The notes under the pieces were generated by a model, which saw only the letters and a list, made by a program, of their open reading frames with translations, was not told where the DNA came from and did not search any database. Positions 20,526 through 29,967 of a stretch of DNA of 64,000 bases are shown here, piece by piece. A program made the position numbers and the translations under genes. The first letter of the stretch is position 1. Each line of letters begins with the position of its first letter. The stretch comes from an uncultured bacterium (GTDB lineage: Bacteria > Bacteroidota > Bacteroidia > Bacteroidales > Bacteroidaceae). The DNA is taken from assembly GCA_945829115.1 (NCBI GenBank), contig CALZTP010000001.1, positions 18,316-82,315 on the forward strand, in the 5' to 3' direction.

Positions 20526-22865
20526 ATGAACGTAATTACAAAGACAGTCTCATTGCCTGACGGACGTCAGATAACAATCGAGACAGGAAAGCTCGCAAAA
20601 CAGGCAGACGGCTCTTGTACACTGCGTATGGGAAACACCGTGCTCTTAGCAACTGTTTGCGCAGCGAAAGATGCTGTTCCAGGAACAGACTTTATGCCTC
20701 TTCAGGTAGAATACCGTGAGCAGTATGCTGCTGCTGGACGATTCCCTGGCGGTTTTACAAAACGTGAAGGAAAGGCGAGCGATGATGAGATTCTCGTATG
20801 CCGTCTCGTAGACCGTGCTCTACGACCATTGTTCCCAAGTGATTTCCACGCTGAGGTATATGTTAACGTTATCCTCTTCTCTGCCGACGGCGTAGATCAG
20901 CCAGACGCACTTGCAGGATTTGCAGCCAGCTGTGCCTTAGCATGCTCAGACATACCTTTCGAGTTCCCAATCTCAGAGGTTCGTGTAGCACGTATCAATG
21001 GCGAATACGTTATCAATCCTACTTTCGAGCAGATGAAATCTGCAGATATGGACCTCATGGTAGGTGCTACAAAGGACAACATCATGATGGTGGAGGGCGA
21101 GATGAAGGAAGTGCAGGAGGCTGACCTCCTCAACGCTCTCAAAGCTGCTCATGCAGCCATCAAGCCAATGTGCGAGATGCAGGAAGAACTCATGAAGGAA
21201 TTAGGAACTGATGTGAAGCGCGAGTACTGCCACGAGGTTAACGACGACGACCTCAAGGCTCAAGTGAACACCGACTGCTATCAGAAGTGCTACGATGTTG
21301 TTAAGCAGGCTCTTGAGAAGCAGGAGCGTGCAGAGGCTTTCGAGAAAATCAAGGAAGACTTCAAGGAGGCATACACAGCCGCTCACTCTGAGCTTACAGA
21401 GGAGGAGCTTGAAGAGAAGTACGCTCTCGTAGACAAATATTACCACGATGTAGAGAAAGACGCAATGCGCCGTTGCATCCTCGATGAAGGCATTCGTCTC
21501 GATGGTCGTAAGACAACAGACATTCGCCCTATCTGGTGTGAAGTAAGCCCTCTCCCAATGCCTCACGGCTCTTCTATCTTCACACGTGGTGAGACACAGT
21601 CGCTCACAACCGTTACCCTCGGTAACAAGATGGATGAGAAGATGGTTGACAACGTTTTGGAGAAGAGCTACATGAGATTCCTCCTCCACTATAACTTCCC
21701 TCCTTTCTGTACTGGTGAGGCAAAAGCACAGCGTGGTGTAGGACGTCGTGAGATTGGTCACGGACACCTTGCTTGGCGTGGTCTAAAGGGTCAGATTCCT
21801 GCTGACTTCCCTTACACAGTGCGTGTGGTGAGCCAGATTCTCGAGTCTAACGGCTCTTCTTCTATGGCTACTGTATGTGCCGGAACACTTGCGCTTATGG
21901 ATGCCGGAGTTCCTATGAAGAAGCCTGTATCTGGTATCGCTATGGGACTTATCAAGAATCCTGGAGAAGACAAGTATGCTGTGCTCTCTGATATTCTCGG
22001 TGATGAGGATCACCTCGGAGATATGGACTTCAAGACAACAGGTACAAAGGATGGTCTCACTGCTACCCAAATGGATATCAAGTGCGACGGACTATCATAC
22101 GAGATTCTCGAAAAGGCTCTCGCACAGGCAAAGGCAGGTCGTGAGCATATTCTCAACTGCATAACAGACACTATCGCAGAACCACGTCCTGAGCTCAAGC
22201 CACACGTACCACGTATCGTGGCTCTCGATATTCCTAAGGAGTTCATTGGCGCTGTGATTGGTCCTGGTGGAAAGATTATCCAGCAGATGCAGGAGGACAC
22301 TGGTGCTACAATCACCATTGACGAGGCTGACGGCGTTGGACACGTACAGGTGTCTGCACCAAACAAGGAGTCTATCGATGCTGCCATCTCAAAGATCAAG
22401 GGCATTGTGGCTATTCCAGAGATTGGTGAGGTTTACAATGGTATTGTACGCTCCATCATGCCTTACGGATGCTTCGTAGAGATTCTACCTGGTAAGGATG
22501 GCTTACTCCATATTTCAGAAATCGACTGGAAGCGCCTTGAGACTGTTGAAGAGGCAGGCATCAAGGAGGGTGACGAGATAAAGGTGAAGCTTATCGATAT
22601 CGACCAGAAGACTGGCAAGTACAAGCTCTCTCACAGAGTGCTCATCGAGAAGCCAGAGGGATATCAGGAACGTGAGCGTCGTCCTCGCCCAGAGCGTGGT
22701 GAGCGCCGCCCTCGTCCAGAGCGTGGTGAGCATCAGGAACGCCGCCCTCGCCCAGAGCGTCAGGAGCGTCATCCTCGTCATGAGAACAACCAGCCTCAGC
22801 AGACTCCTCAGCAGCCAGAAGCTGTAAAGGACTTCTCTGATGTTCTCGACGATTTCGACTTCTAA
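20526..22865 (+). CDS. pnp: Polyribonucleotide nucleotidyltransferase
   Basis: Two RNase PH domains ([21 protein letters not shown]), KH (IGPGGKII) and S1 domains; Arg/Pro/Glu-rich tail. Confidence 0.98.
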   Translation: MNVITKTVSLPDGRQITIETGKLAKQADGSCTLRMGNTVLLATVCAAKDAVPGTDFMPLQVEYREQYAAAGRFPGGFTKREGKASDDEILVCRLVDRALRPLFPSDFHAEVYVNVILFSADGVDQPDALAGFAASCALACSDIPFEFPISEVRVARINGEYVINPTFEQMKSADMDLMVGATKDNIMMVEGEMKEVQEADLLNALKAAHAAIKPMCEMQEELMKELGTDVKREYCHEVNDDDLKAQVNTDCYQKCYDVVKQALEKQERAEAFEKIKEDFKEAYTAAHSELTEEELEEKYALVDKYYHDVEKDAMRRCILDEGIRLDGRKTTDIRPIWCEVSPLPMPHGSSIFTRGETQSLTTVTLGNKMDEKMVDNVLEKSYMRFLLHYNFPPFCTGEAKAQRGVGRREIGHGHLAWRGLKGQIPADFPYTVRVVSQILESNGSSSMATVCAGTLALMDAGVPMKKPVSGIAMGLIKNPGEDKYAVLSDILGDEDHLGDMDFKTTGTKDGLTATQMDIKCDGLSYEILEKALAQAKAGREHILNCITDTIAEPRPELKPHVPRIVALDIPKEFIGAVIGPGGKIIQQMQEDTGATITIDEADGVGHVQVSAPNKESIDAAISKIKGIVAIPEIGEVYNGIVRSIMPYGCFVEILPGKDGLLHISEIDWKRLETVEEAGIKEGDEIKVKLIDIDQKTGKYKLSHRVLIEKPEGYQERERRPRPERGERRPRPERGEHQERRPRPERQERHPRHENNQPQQTPQQPEAVKDFSDVLDDFDF

Positions 22866-23193
22866 AAAAAAGCTGTAGGAACTTGAGTCTTCCAAGTAAC
22901 TGAAGGGAATAAAGTCCTCAAGTAACAAAGAAACTTGAGCTTCTCAAGAATTGAAAATATATAATGCGGAAAATCCCGTAATGCGCAAGCAAGGGGACTC
23001 TTGATTGAGCCGTACAAGCATTTATTGCATAGGAGAAAAGAAAAAATCTCTTTCTTCATCTTGCTCCTAAAATTGGAGAAATGTCACGGCAAGAAAAAGG
23101 CTGGATGAGAATCCTTCGCAAATATCTATAGTTCCCATCATCTTGTTTTGAAGCAGGGTGATGGGAATATGCATTTATATAAAGACTATAATA

Positions 23194-25875
23194 ATGACAA
23201 AAGAAACTTACATAACAGGATTAACAGACAATGAAGTGACCGCCTTGAGGCTGCAGTATGGATGGAACATCCTTACTCCGCCAAAAAAGCAGTCGCTATG
23301 GAAACTATACCTTGAAAAATACCAAGACCCCATTATACAGATTCTACTCATTGCAGCTTCTGTATCGCTTATTCTCGCAATAATAGAAAAAGAATATATT
23401 GAAACAATCGGCATTTTCATTGCCATCTTCCTCGCCACAACAGTGGGGTTTCTCTTTGAAAGAGATGCGGCAAAGAAATTCGATGTTCTCACGCAACTAA
23501 ACGAAGAACAGAAGGTAAAGGTAATAAGAAATGGACAGGTGCAACTCATTCCAAGAAAGGAATTAGTGGTGGGCGACCAGGTGATTATTGAAACAGGCGA
23601 CGAGATTCCAGCAGACGGAATTCTTGAGGAATGCACATCTCTGCAGGTAGATGAGTCAATGCTTACAGGTGAGCCGATTACAAGCAAGGAGTGTATAGAA
23701 GGAGAGAAAAACTCAGAGGAAGCGTATGCGAAAAACTACGTGATGCGATCTACTATGGTGATGAACGGAAGAGGACGCTTCGTGGTGACTGCCATTGGAG
23801 ACAACACAGAAATTGGAAAGGTGGCAAAGAAATCATCGGAGAATACAGACGTTAAAACGCCACTGAGCCTTCAGCTCGACCGACTTGGGAAACTAATAAG
23901 CAAATACGGACTCTCACTATCTATTATCTCTGCCTGCCTATTCCTTGGTCACGACATTCTTGTGAACGATATCTGGAAGACTATAGGAGAACCAGATGCA
24001 AACTATCTGATGATGCTGACAATTATTCTCAGATATCTCATGATGGCTGTCTCGCTGATTGCTATGGCTGTTCCAGAGGGATTGCCAATGGCTGTCACAC
24101 TCTCACTCGCATTAAACATGAGAAGAATGCTGAAAAGCCAGAACCTCGTAAGAAAACTGCATGCATGCGAAACAATGGGCGCTGTGACGGTTATCTGTAC
24201 AGACAAAACTGGTACGCTAACACAAAACAAAATGCAAGTAGGAGCGGAATATATACCTTATTATAATAATATATGCGCATCAGAGAATTATAATACTGCA
24301 AGCTCTAAGGAAGAAAAGAGAATTTTCGGAATTGAAGAATGTCTTGCAGAGGCAATCGCAGTAAATACAACGGCACATCTTGATGGCGAAAAGGGTATAG
24401 GAAATCCTACCGAGGTGTCGTTGTTGCTTTGGCTGAAAAGCCAACAACAAGATTACCTGAAAATACGTCAGAAAGCTGAGATTGTAGAACAAATCCCATT
24501 CTCTACAGAGACGAAGCAGATGCTTACAACTGTAAGAAGAAAAGACGGAAATACAGTAACATTTTTGAAAGGAGCTCCTGAGATTGTGCTTGCACAATGC
24601 ACAATGACAGAGGAAGAGCGCCTTGAGGCGGAGAAGACACTGAAGAAATATCAGTCGAAGGCTATGCGCACATTAGCTCTTGCAGCTAAAGAAGGCGAAA
24701 AAAAATTCACTCTTCAAGCAATCTTTGGCATCAGCGACCCTATTCGTCCAGATGTTGCAGGAGCAGTACGACAATGTGATGATGCTGGAATAAAGATAAA
24801 GATCGTTACAGGTGACGTAGATATTACAGCTCGGGAGATTGCGAAACAGATAGGCATCCTGCCACAAAAGGAAGAAAACGGAAAGAGATGTTCGATCTCT
24901 GGAACAGAGTTCAGCAAACTGAGCAATGAAGAGGCTTATAAGGTGGCACAAGATATTCATGTAATGTCAAGAGCACGACCTACTGACAAGCAACGACTTG
25001 TGCAAATGTTGCAGAAACATGGAGAAACCGTTGCCGTAACTGGAGATGGCACAAATGATGCTCCGGCATTGAACTATGCACATGTAGGACTTTCTCTTGG
25101 CTCTGGAACAAATGTTGCAAAAGAAGCATCAGACATGACACTCCTTGACGACTCGTTCGCGTCGATTGTAAACGCTGTGCTTTGGGGACGATCTCTGTAT
25201 CGGAATATTCAGAGATTCCTTTACTTCCAATTAGTGGTGAACGTAGTGGCTTTGTTGCTCGTCATTGCTGGCTCACTCGTTGGAACAGAGATGCCGCTTA
25301 CAATCACTCAGATTCTATGGGTGAACCTTATTATGGACACATTTGCAGCACTTGCTCTCGCATCACTATCACCTTCACGAGAGGTTATGAAAGAAAAGCC
25401 AAGAAAGCAAACAGACTTTATTCTTTCTAAGAATATAATCAGAGGAATAGCAGCCACCGGATTAGGAATGTTTGTGGTGATGTTCCTATTCCTACTGCAT
25501 TGCGAAGGAGTGCTGACACTTGGATGGGAGGAATACACCGAAAAGGGGATAGACACAAGAGAGCTGACCTGGTTCTTCACAACATTCGTGATGATGCAGT
25601 TCTGGAATCTCTTTAATGCCAAGGCTGTAAACTCTCATCACAGTGCTTTCAGACGATTGTATGCAGAGAAAGGAATGTTATTCATTGTGGCATGCATACT
25701 GCTCGGGCAATGGATGATAGTAACCTTTGGAGGGGAGATGTTCCGCTGCGTACCAATGTCTTGGAAAGAATGGGCGGTTATTATACTTGCAACTTCTCCA
25801 GTATTATGGATAGGGGAAATATACCGTTTCGTAAAATATAAGAATACACCTGTTTTTGAAAACTTTAAATCTTGA
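23194..25875 (+). CDS. P-type IIB (PMCA-type) Ca2+-translocating ATPase
   Basis: LTGE, AVPEGLP, phosphorylation site DKTGTLT, TGD, GDGTNDAPAL; ATG at 23194 preferred over 23158. Confidence 0.93.
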   Translation: MTKETYITGLTDNEVTALRLQYGWNILTPPKKQSLWKLYLEKYQDPIIQILLIAASVSLILAIIEKEYIETIGIFIAIFLATTVGFLFERDAAKKFDVLTQLNEEQKVKVIRNGQVQLIPRKELVVGDQVIIETGDEIPADGILEECTSLQVDESMLTGEPITSKECIEGEKNSEEAYAKNYVMRSTMVMNGRGRFVVTAIGDNTEIGKVAKKSSENTDVKTPLSLQLDRLGKLISKYGLSLSIISACLFLGHDILVNDIWKTIGEPDANYLMMLTIILRYLMMAVSLIAMAVPEGLPMAVTLSLALNMRRMLKSQNLVRKLHACETMGAVTVICTDKTGTLTQNKMQVGAEYIPYYNNICASENYNTASSKEEKRIFGIEECLAEAIAVNTTAHLDGEKGIGNPTEVSLLLWLKSQQQDYLKIRQKAEIVEQIPFSTETKQMLTTVRRKDGNTVTFLKGAPEIVLAQCTMTEEERLEAEKTLKKYQSKAMRTLALAAKEGEKKFTLQAIFGISDPIRPDVAGAVRQCDDAGIKIKIVTGDVDITAREIAKQIGILPQKEENGKRCSISGTEFSKLSNEEAYKVAQDIHVMSRARPTDKQRLVQMLQKHGETVAVTGDGTNDAPALNYAHVGLSLGSGTNVAKEASDMTLLDDSFASIVNAVLWGRSLYRNIQRFLYFQLVVNVVALLLVIAGSLVGTEMPLTITQILWVNLIMDTFAALALASLSPSREVMKEKPRKQTDFILSKNIIRGIAATGLGMFVVMFLFLLHCEGVLTLGWEEYTEKGIDTRELTWFFTTFVMMQFWNLFNAKAVNSHHSAFRRLYAEKGMLFIVACILLGQWMIVTFGGEMFRCVPMSWKEWAVIILATSPVLWIGEIYRFVKYKNTPVFENFKS

Positions 25876-25879
25876 GGTT

Positions 25880-26413
25880 ATGGAAGACTTTTTCTGTGCT
25901 ACAATAGGAAACTATGATGGCGTTCACAGAGGACATCAAAAGGTGTTAGAGAAGGTAAGACTGCTGGCAAAAGATAGAGGGCAGAAGACAATGGTAGTGA
26001 CCTTCGATAAACATCCTATGGAGGTTATATGCCCTGAGCGAGCACCACATCCTATTCTCTCTCTTGATGAAAGGGTAAGGAAATTGAAGGAGAATAAAAT
26101 AGACAATGTAACTATTCTCTCCTTCAACAGAGAATTCATGCAACAGACGGCTTATGACTTCATGAAGAATGTTCTCTACAAAAAACTCGGGGTTAGAACA
26201 TTAGTAATTGGCTACGACAACCGTTTTGGGAAACGTAATCCGGAGGAAAACGCAGAGTCGTACATCAACTACGGAAAGCAGATTGGTATAGAGGTCGTTA
26301 TTGGTCCGAAACCAGAAGAATGCGGTCTTTACAATGGAAAGCCCATCTGTTCTTCTCTCATCAGGCAGATGATTCGCGAGGGGAATAATGAGGAAGCTAA
26401 ACTCCTGCTTTAA
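25880..26413 (+). CDS. ribF: RibF N-terminal FMN adenylyltransferase domain only (riboflavin kinase domain absent)
   Basis: IGNYDGVHRGH, TFDKHP, IGYDNRFGK, ICSSLIR; ORF stops where the kinase domain would begin. Confidence 0.8.
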   Translation: MEDFFCATIGNYDGVHRGHQKVLEKVRLLAKDRGQKTMVVTFDKHPMEVICPERAPHPILSLDERVRKLKENKIDNVTILSFNREFMQQTAYDFMKNVLYKKLGVRTLVIGYDNRFGKRNPEENAESYINYGKQIGIEVVIGPKPEECGLYNGKPICSSLIRQMIREGNNEEAKLLL

Positions 26414-26482
26414 GGTAATAACTGGTGTAACAATAATAACTCATACGAAATCTTTTTATAACAGAAATTAATTCATAAAGAA

Positions 26483-27292
26483 ATGAGAAAAGTAGCATTA
26501 TATTTCCTTGTTTCAGCCATCATACAAGTGTGTTGCTCATTATTCATTGGAACAATTTGGAGTCTTATGACTGACAGTTTCGATATGTCTGGAGAAAAAC
26601 TCATAACAATCTCTGCCATTTCAAGCATCATAACAATCATTGTCTTCGTGGCTGCAAAATGGACACCAGTGAAAAGAATACTTCAAGGAAAGAAACTAAG
26701 GGAAAGTGCTTGTTGGTCGGCTATACTCGCGGTAAGCATAATAATTCCGTCTATGCTATTAGAAGCTCTTATTCCTGAGGCATGGAAAAAAGATATTCTC
26801 GAAGATGTGTTCAAAATGATTTTGCAAAGTCCATGGGGCTATTTGCAGATAGGAATCCTCGCTCCTATAGCAGAAGAAATAGTCTTCAGAGGGGCAATAC
26901 AGAGAACTGCTGCAAACTATTTCGAGGAGAAAGGGGTGAAGAACTTCAAATGGAAGGCAATTCTACTTTCTGCAGTTCTATTTGCCATTATTCACGGTAA
27001 TCCTGCGCAAATTCCTCATGCCCTTCTCATGGGAGTACTATTAGGATGGATGTATAGCCGTTCAGGAAGTATTATTCCATGTGTCATCGTTCATTGGGTA
27101 AACAACAGTATTGGCTTTGCACAATACTTCCTTTTCCCTGAAAGTTACGACATGACAGCAATAGAGCTATTTGCTTCAGAAACAGTATGGAGAATTATGG
27201 CATGGACTCTACTCTCACTCTATTTCTTCTATCGGGCTATTGCTTCCTTAAACAAGGTATGGAAGAAAGAGGAGACTAACAACCTGCCATAA
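26483..27292 (+). CDS. CPBP/CAAX-family intramembrane metalloprotease
   Basis: APIAEEIVFRG, FAIIH, HWVNN motifs; multiple TM segments. Confidence 0.92.
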   Translation: MRKVALYFLVSAIIQVCCSLFIGTIWSLMTDSFDMSGEKLITISAISSIITIIVFVAAKWTPVKRILQGKKLRESACWSAILAVSIIIPSMLLEALIPEAWKKDILEDVFKMILQSPWGYLQIGILAPIAEEIVFRGAIQRTAANYFEEKGVKNFKWKAILLSAVLFAIIHGNPAQIPHALLMGVLLGWMYSRSGSIIPCVIVHWVNNSIGFAQYFLFPESYDMTAIELFASETVWRIMAWTLLSLYFFYRAIASLNKVWKKEETNNLP

Positions 27293-27345
27293 CCCCATTT
27301 AGGGAAAATCTTTCAGAAAAATATTCACCACAAAAGAATAACTGT

Positions 27346-29178
27346 ATGTTTCGTTTCAAGAGATTAATTTCCTCACTGTCGTTCAGAATAAACATCACAC
27401 TGTTTATTGTGTTAGGACTTCTCACCTGGAGCCTTGTAAAAGGTGTCACATTCGTGATAAAAAGGGTGAACAACGGATATAACTGTGTGATGACAAGCAA
27501 ACGAGTGTCACAGAGCATAGAAAGCCAAGTAGAAAAAATGGAGAATGCCATAAAAGCAGGTGCTTTCGCAACACAAAGCAAGAAACTTACGGTGGCGAAC
27601 AGTCATGCATTCTGCGATAGCATACGCTCATTGGTGAATGCTGATACTGTGTATATTATGAACGAGAAGGTGGGGAATGTTATGCTCGGAAAAAAAGCAC
27701 AGGAGTTGTGGACAACTAACAACACCGTCTGGACAGACTCTTATTTCGATGAGAGAAACAACCCTTTGATAACACTCATGACTCCTCTTGCCAATAAACG
27801 AGGCGAGACATATGCCATTCTGTGTGCAGACATCTCACTGAAATGGCTGGAGAATATTGTCAACAACGAGAAGATCACAGATCGTACGTCTATCTCCATA
27901 GCATCAAAAAACGGTTCTTATATTTATGCCTCCGACAGCACAAAGACAACACATAAGGTTGATTCTACAAACTATAGGGAAATGGGGCAGCTGAACCTCA
28001 TAAACGCTAACCTCGGCTTTGACATCACAGACACCGGCTCTATCTCAAAGACAAAATTAGCAAAGGTGGGGTGGACAATAGAGGTGGAAATGCCAGTAGA
28101 CGCATACGATTTGGTAACTATTTCTGTCATGGTGATGATATATTGCATGATGACTGTACTCTTCATTCTTATGGCATTGTGTATCATCATTACACTAAAA
28201 TGGTATCTGAACCCTCTACGCACCATTGCTGACGCTACAGAGGAAATCTCAAGAGGAAACTTCGACTTCAGTCTGCCAAAGATAAAACAGCGCACAGATA
28301 TAAAACAGCTTCGAGATAGCTTTGTGCAGATGCAATCTGCTTTGAAACAATATATTCAAGACTTGAAATACACCACTGAGCAAAAGGTGAGCATGGAGAG
28401 AGATATCTCCATCGCTGCTCAAATACAGCAGGGTATGCTTGCTGCTGATATTGAAGCAAGGGAAGATATTGATATTCACGGCATACTGCGCCCAGCAAAG
28501 ACGGTGGGAGGAGACATCTACGACTATTTTATCAGAAAAGTGAAGAACGAAGACGGAGTATGGGAAGAGAATCTCTTCTTCTGCATTGGAGACGTGTCGG
28601 GAAAGGGTGTTCCAGCTGCTCTACTCATGACCGTCACGGGGCATCTCTTCAGGAATATCAGTCGCCGCATCACAAACGTTTCAAAGATATGTAGCTCCAT
28701 AAACATTGACCTTGCTGAGGGCAACAACGAGAATATGTTCTGTACCGCATTCGTGGGTGTTCTCAACCTCTCTACCGGTATTCTCAACTACTGCAATGCT
28801 GGGCACAATGCTCCTATATTAGTGAGAAATGGGAAGGCGTCAATGTTAGAGTCGTCAATAAATCTTCCTTTCGGCATTGAACCTTCAATGGAATATAGCA
28901 TTCAATCGCTACAACTTCAGAAGAACGACATCCTCTTCCTATATACCGACGGTGTGACAGAAGCCGAGAACACAGAGAAGAAACTGTTTGGAAATGAGGC
29001 TACACTAAAGGCTGTGGAAAGCGCAGGAAATAGCAGCAACATGAAGACGCTCATTGCAAACGTTACTGCTTCTGTATACGACTTTGCCAACGGTGCTGAA
29101 CAGAGTGACGATATGACAATTCTTTCCATCAGAATAAAGAGGGATTACGAAAACAGCGAAGGACTGGTGAAAGCATAA
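27346..29178 (+). CDS. Membrane sensor phosphatase: periplasmic sensor, HAMP and SpoIIE/PP2C domains
   Basis: Two TM segments; HAMP (PLRTIADATEEISRGNFD); PP2C motifs VGGDIYD, GDVSGKG, NAGH, YTDGVTE, DDMT. Confidence 0.9.
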   Translation: MFRFKRLISSLSFRINITLFIVLGLLTWSLVKGVTFVIKRVNNGYNCVMTSKRVSQSIESQVEKMENAIKAGAFATQSKKLTVANSHAFCDSIRSLVNADTVYIMNEKVGNVMLGKKAQELWTTNNTVWTDSYFDERNNPLITLMTPLANKRGETYAILCADISLKWLENIVNNEKITDRTSISIASKNGSYIYASDSTKTTHKVDSTNYREMGQLNLINANLGFDITDTGSISKTKLAKVGWTIEVEMPVDAYDLVTISVMVMIYCMMTVLFILMALCIIITLKWYLNPLRTIADATEEISRGNFDFSLPKIKQRTDIKQLRDSFVQMQSALKQYIQDLKYTTEQKVSMERDISIAAQIQQGMLAADIEAREDIDIHGILRPAKTVGGDIYDYFIRKVKNEDGVWEENLFFCIGDVSGKGVPAALLMTVTGHLFRNISRRITNVSKICSSINIDLAEGNNENMFCTAFVGVLNLSTGILNYCNAGHNAPILVRNGKASMLESSINLPFGIEPSMEYSIQSLQLQKNDILFLYTDGVTEAENTEKKLFGNEATLKAVESAGNSSNMKTLIANVTASVYDFANGAEQSDDMTILSIRIKRDYENSEGLVKA

Positions 29179-29219
29179 AACGTTCAAACCTTCCGGCTAA
29201 AAATAAACAACAAAAGAAA

Positions 29220-29873
29220 ATGATTATAGAAATACAGAACACTCTTGTTTCAATGGATATCATCACAGAGGAATTCTGCTGCGACCTAAATGCCTGCAAA
29301 GGGAAATGCTGCATAATAGGCGATGCTGGAGCTCCACTAAAACTTGATGAGGTATTGGAACTTGAAAACGTGCTTGACGAAACATGGGAGTCGCTCTCGG
29401 CTTCTGCACAAGCAACAATAGACAAGCAAGGAGTGGCATATACAGACGAAGAGGGTGACCTCGTAACAAGCATTGTGAACGGGAAAGACTGCGTTTTTAC
29501 TTACTACGACGACATAACACTCACAGAAACAGACAATAATGGCGAGAAAAAGACCACCACAGTCTGCAACTGCTGCCTCTGCGCCACTGAGAAGGCATTC
29601 CGAGAAGGCCGCACAACGTGGTGCAAACCTGTCTCTTGTGCCCTCTACCCTATCCGCGTGAAGACCCTAAAAAACGGCATGGAGGCTCTCAGCTATCATC
29701 AGTGGGATATATGTGCCGATGCAAGAAAGAAAGGCAGAGAGCTCCATCTTCCGGTTTATAAGTTCCTTCGTGAACCACTTATCAGGCGCTTTGGAGAGGA
29801 TTGGTATGACGAACTTTGTCTTGTGGCAGAGGAAATTCAGAAGAACGGGCTGATTTCTGAAGAGCAAGCATAA
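29220..29873 (+). CDS. DUF3109-family Cys-rich protein
   Basis: FCCDLNACKGKCC, KPVSCALYPIR, WDIC motifs. Confidence 0.85.
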   Translation: MIIEIQNTLVSMDIITEEFCCDLNACKGKCCIIGDAGAPLKLDEVLELENVLDETWESLSASAQATIDKQGVAYTDEEGDLVTSIVNGKDCVFTYYDDITLTETDNNGEKKTTTVCNCCLCATEKAFREGRTTWCKPVSCALYPIRVKTLKNGMEALSYHQWDICADARKKGRELHLPVYKFLREPLIRRFGEDWYDELCLVAEEIQKNGLISEEQA

Positions 29874-29967
29874 CTAATAGCATGTTCGCAGTCAATATCT
29901 CTTTTCATTAGTATCCAGGCAAATTAGTAGAAAAAAGACATTAACAATTAATAAAATGTACCTAAGA

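Noticed and set aside
26414-26482. Frameshifted riboflavin kinase domain after ribF
   Set aside because: Only 69 AT-rich bp separate the genes, with no kinase-like residues in any frame
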